Source of the DNA: an uncultured Bacilli bacterium
GTDB taxonomy: Bacteria; Bacillota_I; Bacilli_A; RF39; UBA660
Assembly: GCA_934102055.1 (NCBI GenBank)
Contig: CAKOSE010000002.1
Coordinates: 35,215-99,214, forward strand
Reading direction: 5' to 3'
DNA: 64,000 nt
Part shown: positions 62,459 through 64,000 of the stretch, piece after piece
How the letters are laid out: every line of letters begins with the position of its first letter
Position numbering within the stretch: the first letter of the stretch is position 1
Program-made: the position numbers and the translations under genes
The notes under the pieces: generated by a model
The model's input: the letters and a program-made list of their open reading frames with translations, nothing else
What the model was told of the DNA's origin: nothing
Databases searched by the model: none

Positions 62459-64000
62459 ATGAAAAAAAATAAACAATTCAAAGCAGAAACAATAATTGAC
62501 GAAACAGGAAAAGCACTATTCTTAATAATAAATGGAAAAAAATATAAAAGAAAAAAACACGAAACAAACCAAGAACTTTTCCTAAGAGTAGGACTAAACA
62601 AAAGAAACAAAGCAGATGTTGCAAAATACTATAAACCAGAAGAATTAATAGTATATACACAAGAAACATATAACAAAATAATGCAAAAAGAAAAACCAAA
62701 AAAACTATCAAATAAAACAAAAGCTAGTCCTAGTTTAAAACAAAGAGTAGGAGCAGTAACAGTAGCAGCAGTAATGATGCTATCTGCATATATTGGTCCT
62801 AACCTTGCAAAAGCATACAAAGACAGTAAAGTATACGCAACAAAAACAGAACAAGATGCAAAAGTAAGTAACCAAAAACTAAATAAATTATATGAAAAAC
62901 TAAAAAAGACAGAAAATGGAGAAACAATAGTAAAACAACTAAAAGAAACAGATAAATTCCAAAAAGATTTCAACAAAAGAATGCAAAACTATCCAGATGA
63001 AAATGGTAACGTACTATTTCTAAAAGCTAGAGAAGTAGCAGCAGTACAAGACATATCAAATGCAGAAGACACAGATTTCATTTCATTAGACGATAATGAA
63101 CCAAGAGTTTGTGATTATTTAGAGGCAGCAACTTACACAACAATAGGAGTATATGTTTCAGAAGAAAGTATAGGAGAACATACTTTAATCCATGATAAAG
63201 AAACAAGCCAAGAAATGAAAAAAGAAGCAGATTATGCTATAGCAACAATGAAAGGAAATACAAAAACCGAAGAAATAAATAATCATTATGCTAAATTCAA
63301 CAAAACAGGATTCACATATGGAGCAGTCGGATCTAATGTAGCCTTTCTAGGATACGCCTCAAACGCAGTAATATCCCAAAATGGAGCAGCAAGTAATGAA
63401 TTAGAAAAAATAACAACCACAGCAACTAAAGATAACAAAGGATTAAATAACCAAAACTCACACGCAAACGCAGCATCAAAATCTGCAACACCAGACCAAA
63501 AAAGATTAATAAATAAAGTTCTAAAAGAACTTGATAAAAATAATATAAATGTAAATATAAAATCAAGAGATGATTTCAGCATGGAAACAACAGAAAAAGG
63601 AAAAAAAGTAAAAGAACAAATAACCATTAATGCCGATGGGACATATAGTTATACAGAAGATAATAGAACAAACACAATAACCTACAGAATATCACGAGAA
63701 GAAGCAATAAAACGTTTTGGATTAAAAATAGTAAAAGAAGCCGAAAAGGAAGCAGATAAAAAAGCAGGAATAGACGAAAAAAATAAACAAGAAGAACAAC
63801 AGGGGCAAGAATTAGAAAAACAAGCAACAGCAGCATATAATGCCGGAAGGGATGATGCTCTTGCAGGCAAGCCAAATCAATATCCAAACAATCAAAGCTA
63901 TTGTCGAGGATACAATGAAACCAAGGAAACAATGAACGAACAAAAAGAAGAAATAATCGAAGACAAAACAAACACAGACACAACATATGAGGATTATCAA
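62459..64000 (+). CDS. bitopic membrane protein, unknown function, 3'-truncated by the window edge
   Basis: Absent from the track because there is no stop. I read 514 open codons from ATG 62459, which follows AAAGGGGGA. The N-terminal module is paralogous to the PP2C N-terminus. TM segment is VGAVTVAAVMMLSAYIG. Confidence 0.8.
   Translation, partial: MKKNKQFKAETIIDETGKALFLIINGKKYKRKKHETNQELFLRVGLNKRNKADVAKYYKPEELIVYTQETYNKIMQKEKPKKLSNKTKASPSLKQRVGAVTVAAVMMLSAYIGPNLAKAYKDSKVYATKTEQDAKVSNQKLNKLYEKLKKTENGETIVKQLKETDKFQKDFNKRMQNYPDENGNVLFLKAREVAAVQDISNAEDTDFISLDDNEPRVCDYLEAATYTTIGVYVSEESIGEHTLIHDKETSQEMKKEADYAIATMKGNTKTEEINNHYAKFNKTGFTYGAVGSNVAFLGYASNAVISQNGAASNELEKITTTATKDNKGLNNQNSHANAASKSATPDQKRLINKVLKELDKNNINVNIKSRDDFSMETTEKGKKVKEQITINADGTYSYTEDNRTNTITYRISREEAIKRFGLKIVKEAEKEADKKAGIDEKNKQEEQQGQELEKQATAAYNAGRDDALAGKPNQYPNNQSYCRGYNETKETMNEQKEEIIEDKTNTDTTYEDYQ

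Overview
This is the replication-origin window of a very AT-rich, low-GC Bacillota-type chromosome that uses the standard code: TGA, TAA and TAG all terminate conserved genes at expected lengths. GC content was judged by eye, not computed. dnaA/oriC lies at about 18.5-20.4 kb and gene orientation flips there. The minus strand to the left carries dnaA, dnaN, a comK-like gene, recF, gyrB, gyrA, SRP RNA, tadA, dnaX, ybaB, recR, bofA, holB, yaaT, pth, mfd, spoVT, a T-box leader and the 5' part of metG. The plus strand to the right carries rpmH, rnpA, yidC, jag, island 1, mnmE, island 2, mnmG, rsmG, noc, soj, spo0J, mscS, a DUF951 gene, abgT, ychF, a disrupted prepilin/glycine-rich gene, an ATP-grasp gene, rpsF, ssb, rpsR, a DHH gene, rplI, dnaB, an M23 peptidase gene, yycJ, rlmH, ung, pduL, rpoE, prfA, prmC, a PP2C gene, spoIIR and a 3'-truncated membrane-protein gene. 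spoVT, bofA, yaaT, spoIIR and gerQ point to a spore-former lineage. The strongest signals not explained by the ORF track are: (1) a centromere-like array of 6 perfect and 1 degenerate parS palindromes, interleaved with 3 identical Noc-binding-site palindromes and DnaA-box-like 9-mers, centred on a 0.8 kb ORF-free gap between dnaX and tadA; (2) a bipartite oriC built from a TTATTAACA box variant, with a box-pair/TAA-trio/AT-rich arrangement upstream of dnaN; (3) a minimal SRP RNA hidden inside a spurious ORF extension; (4) a 2.2 kb decayed island flanked by a duplicated jag 3' end; (5) a 6.4 kb insertion between mnmE and mnmG carrying a soluble VirD4-like ATPase coupled to an ABC exporter; (6) a prepilin-signal/glycine-rich gene split by one in-frame TAA, plus several other nonsense-decayed accessory genes; (7) a roughly 74-residue N-terminal module shared by a PP2C phosphatase and a bitopic membrane protein flanking spoIIR. 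No rRNA, tRNA or CRISPR was found. Many long L/F-rich antisense ORFs in the track are compositional shadows.
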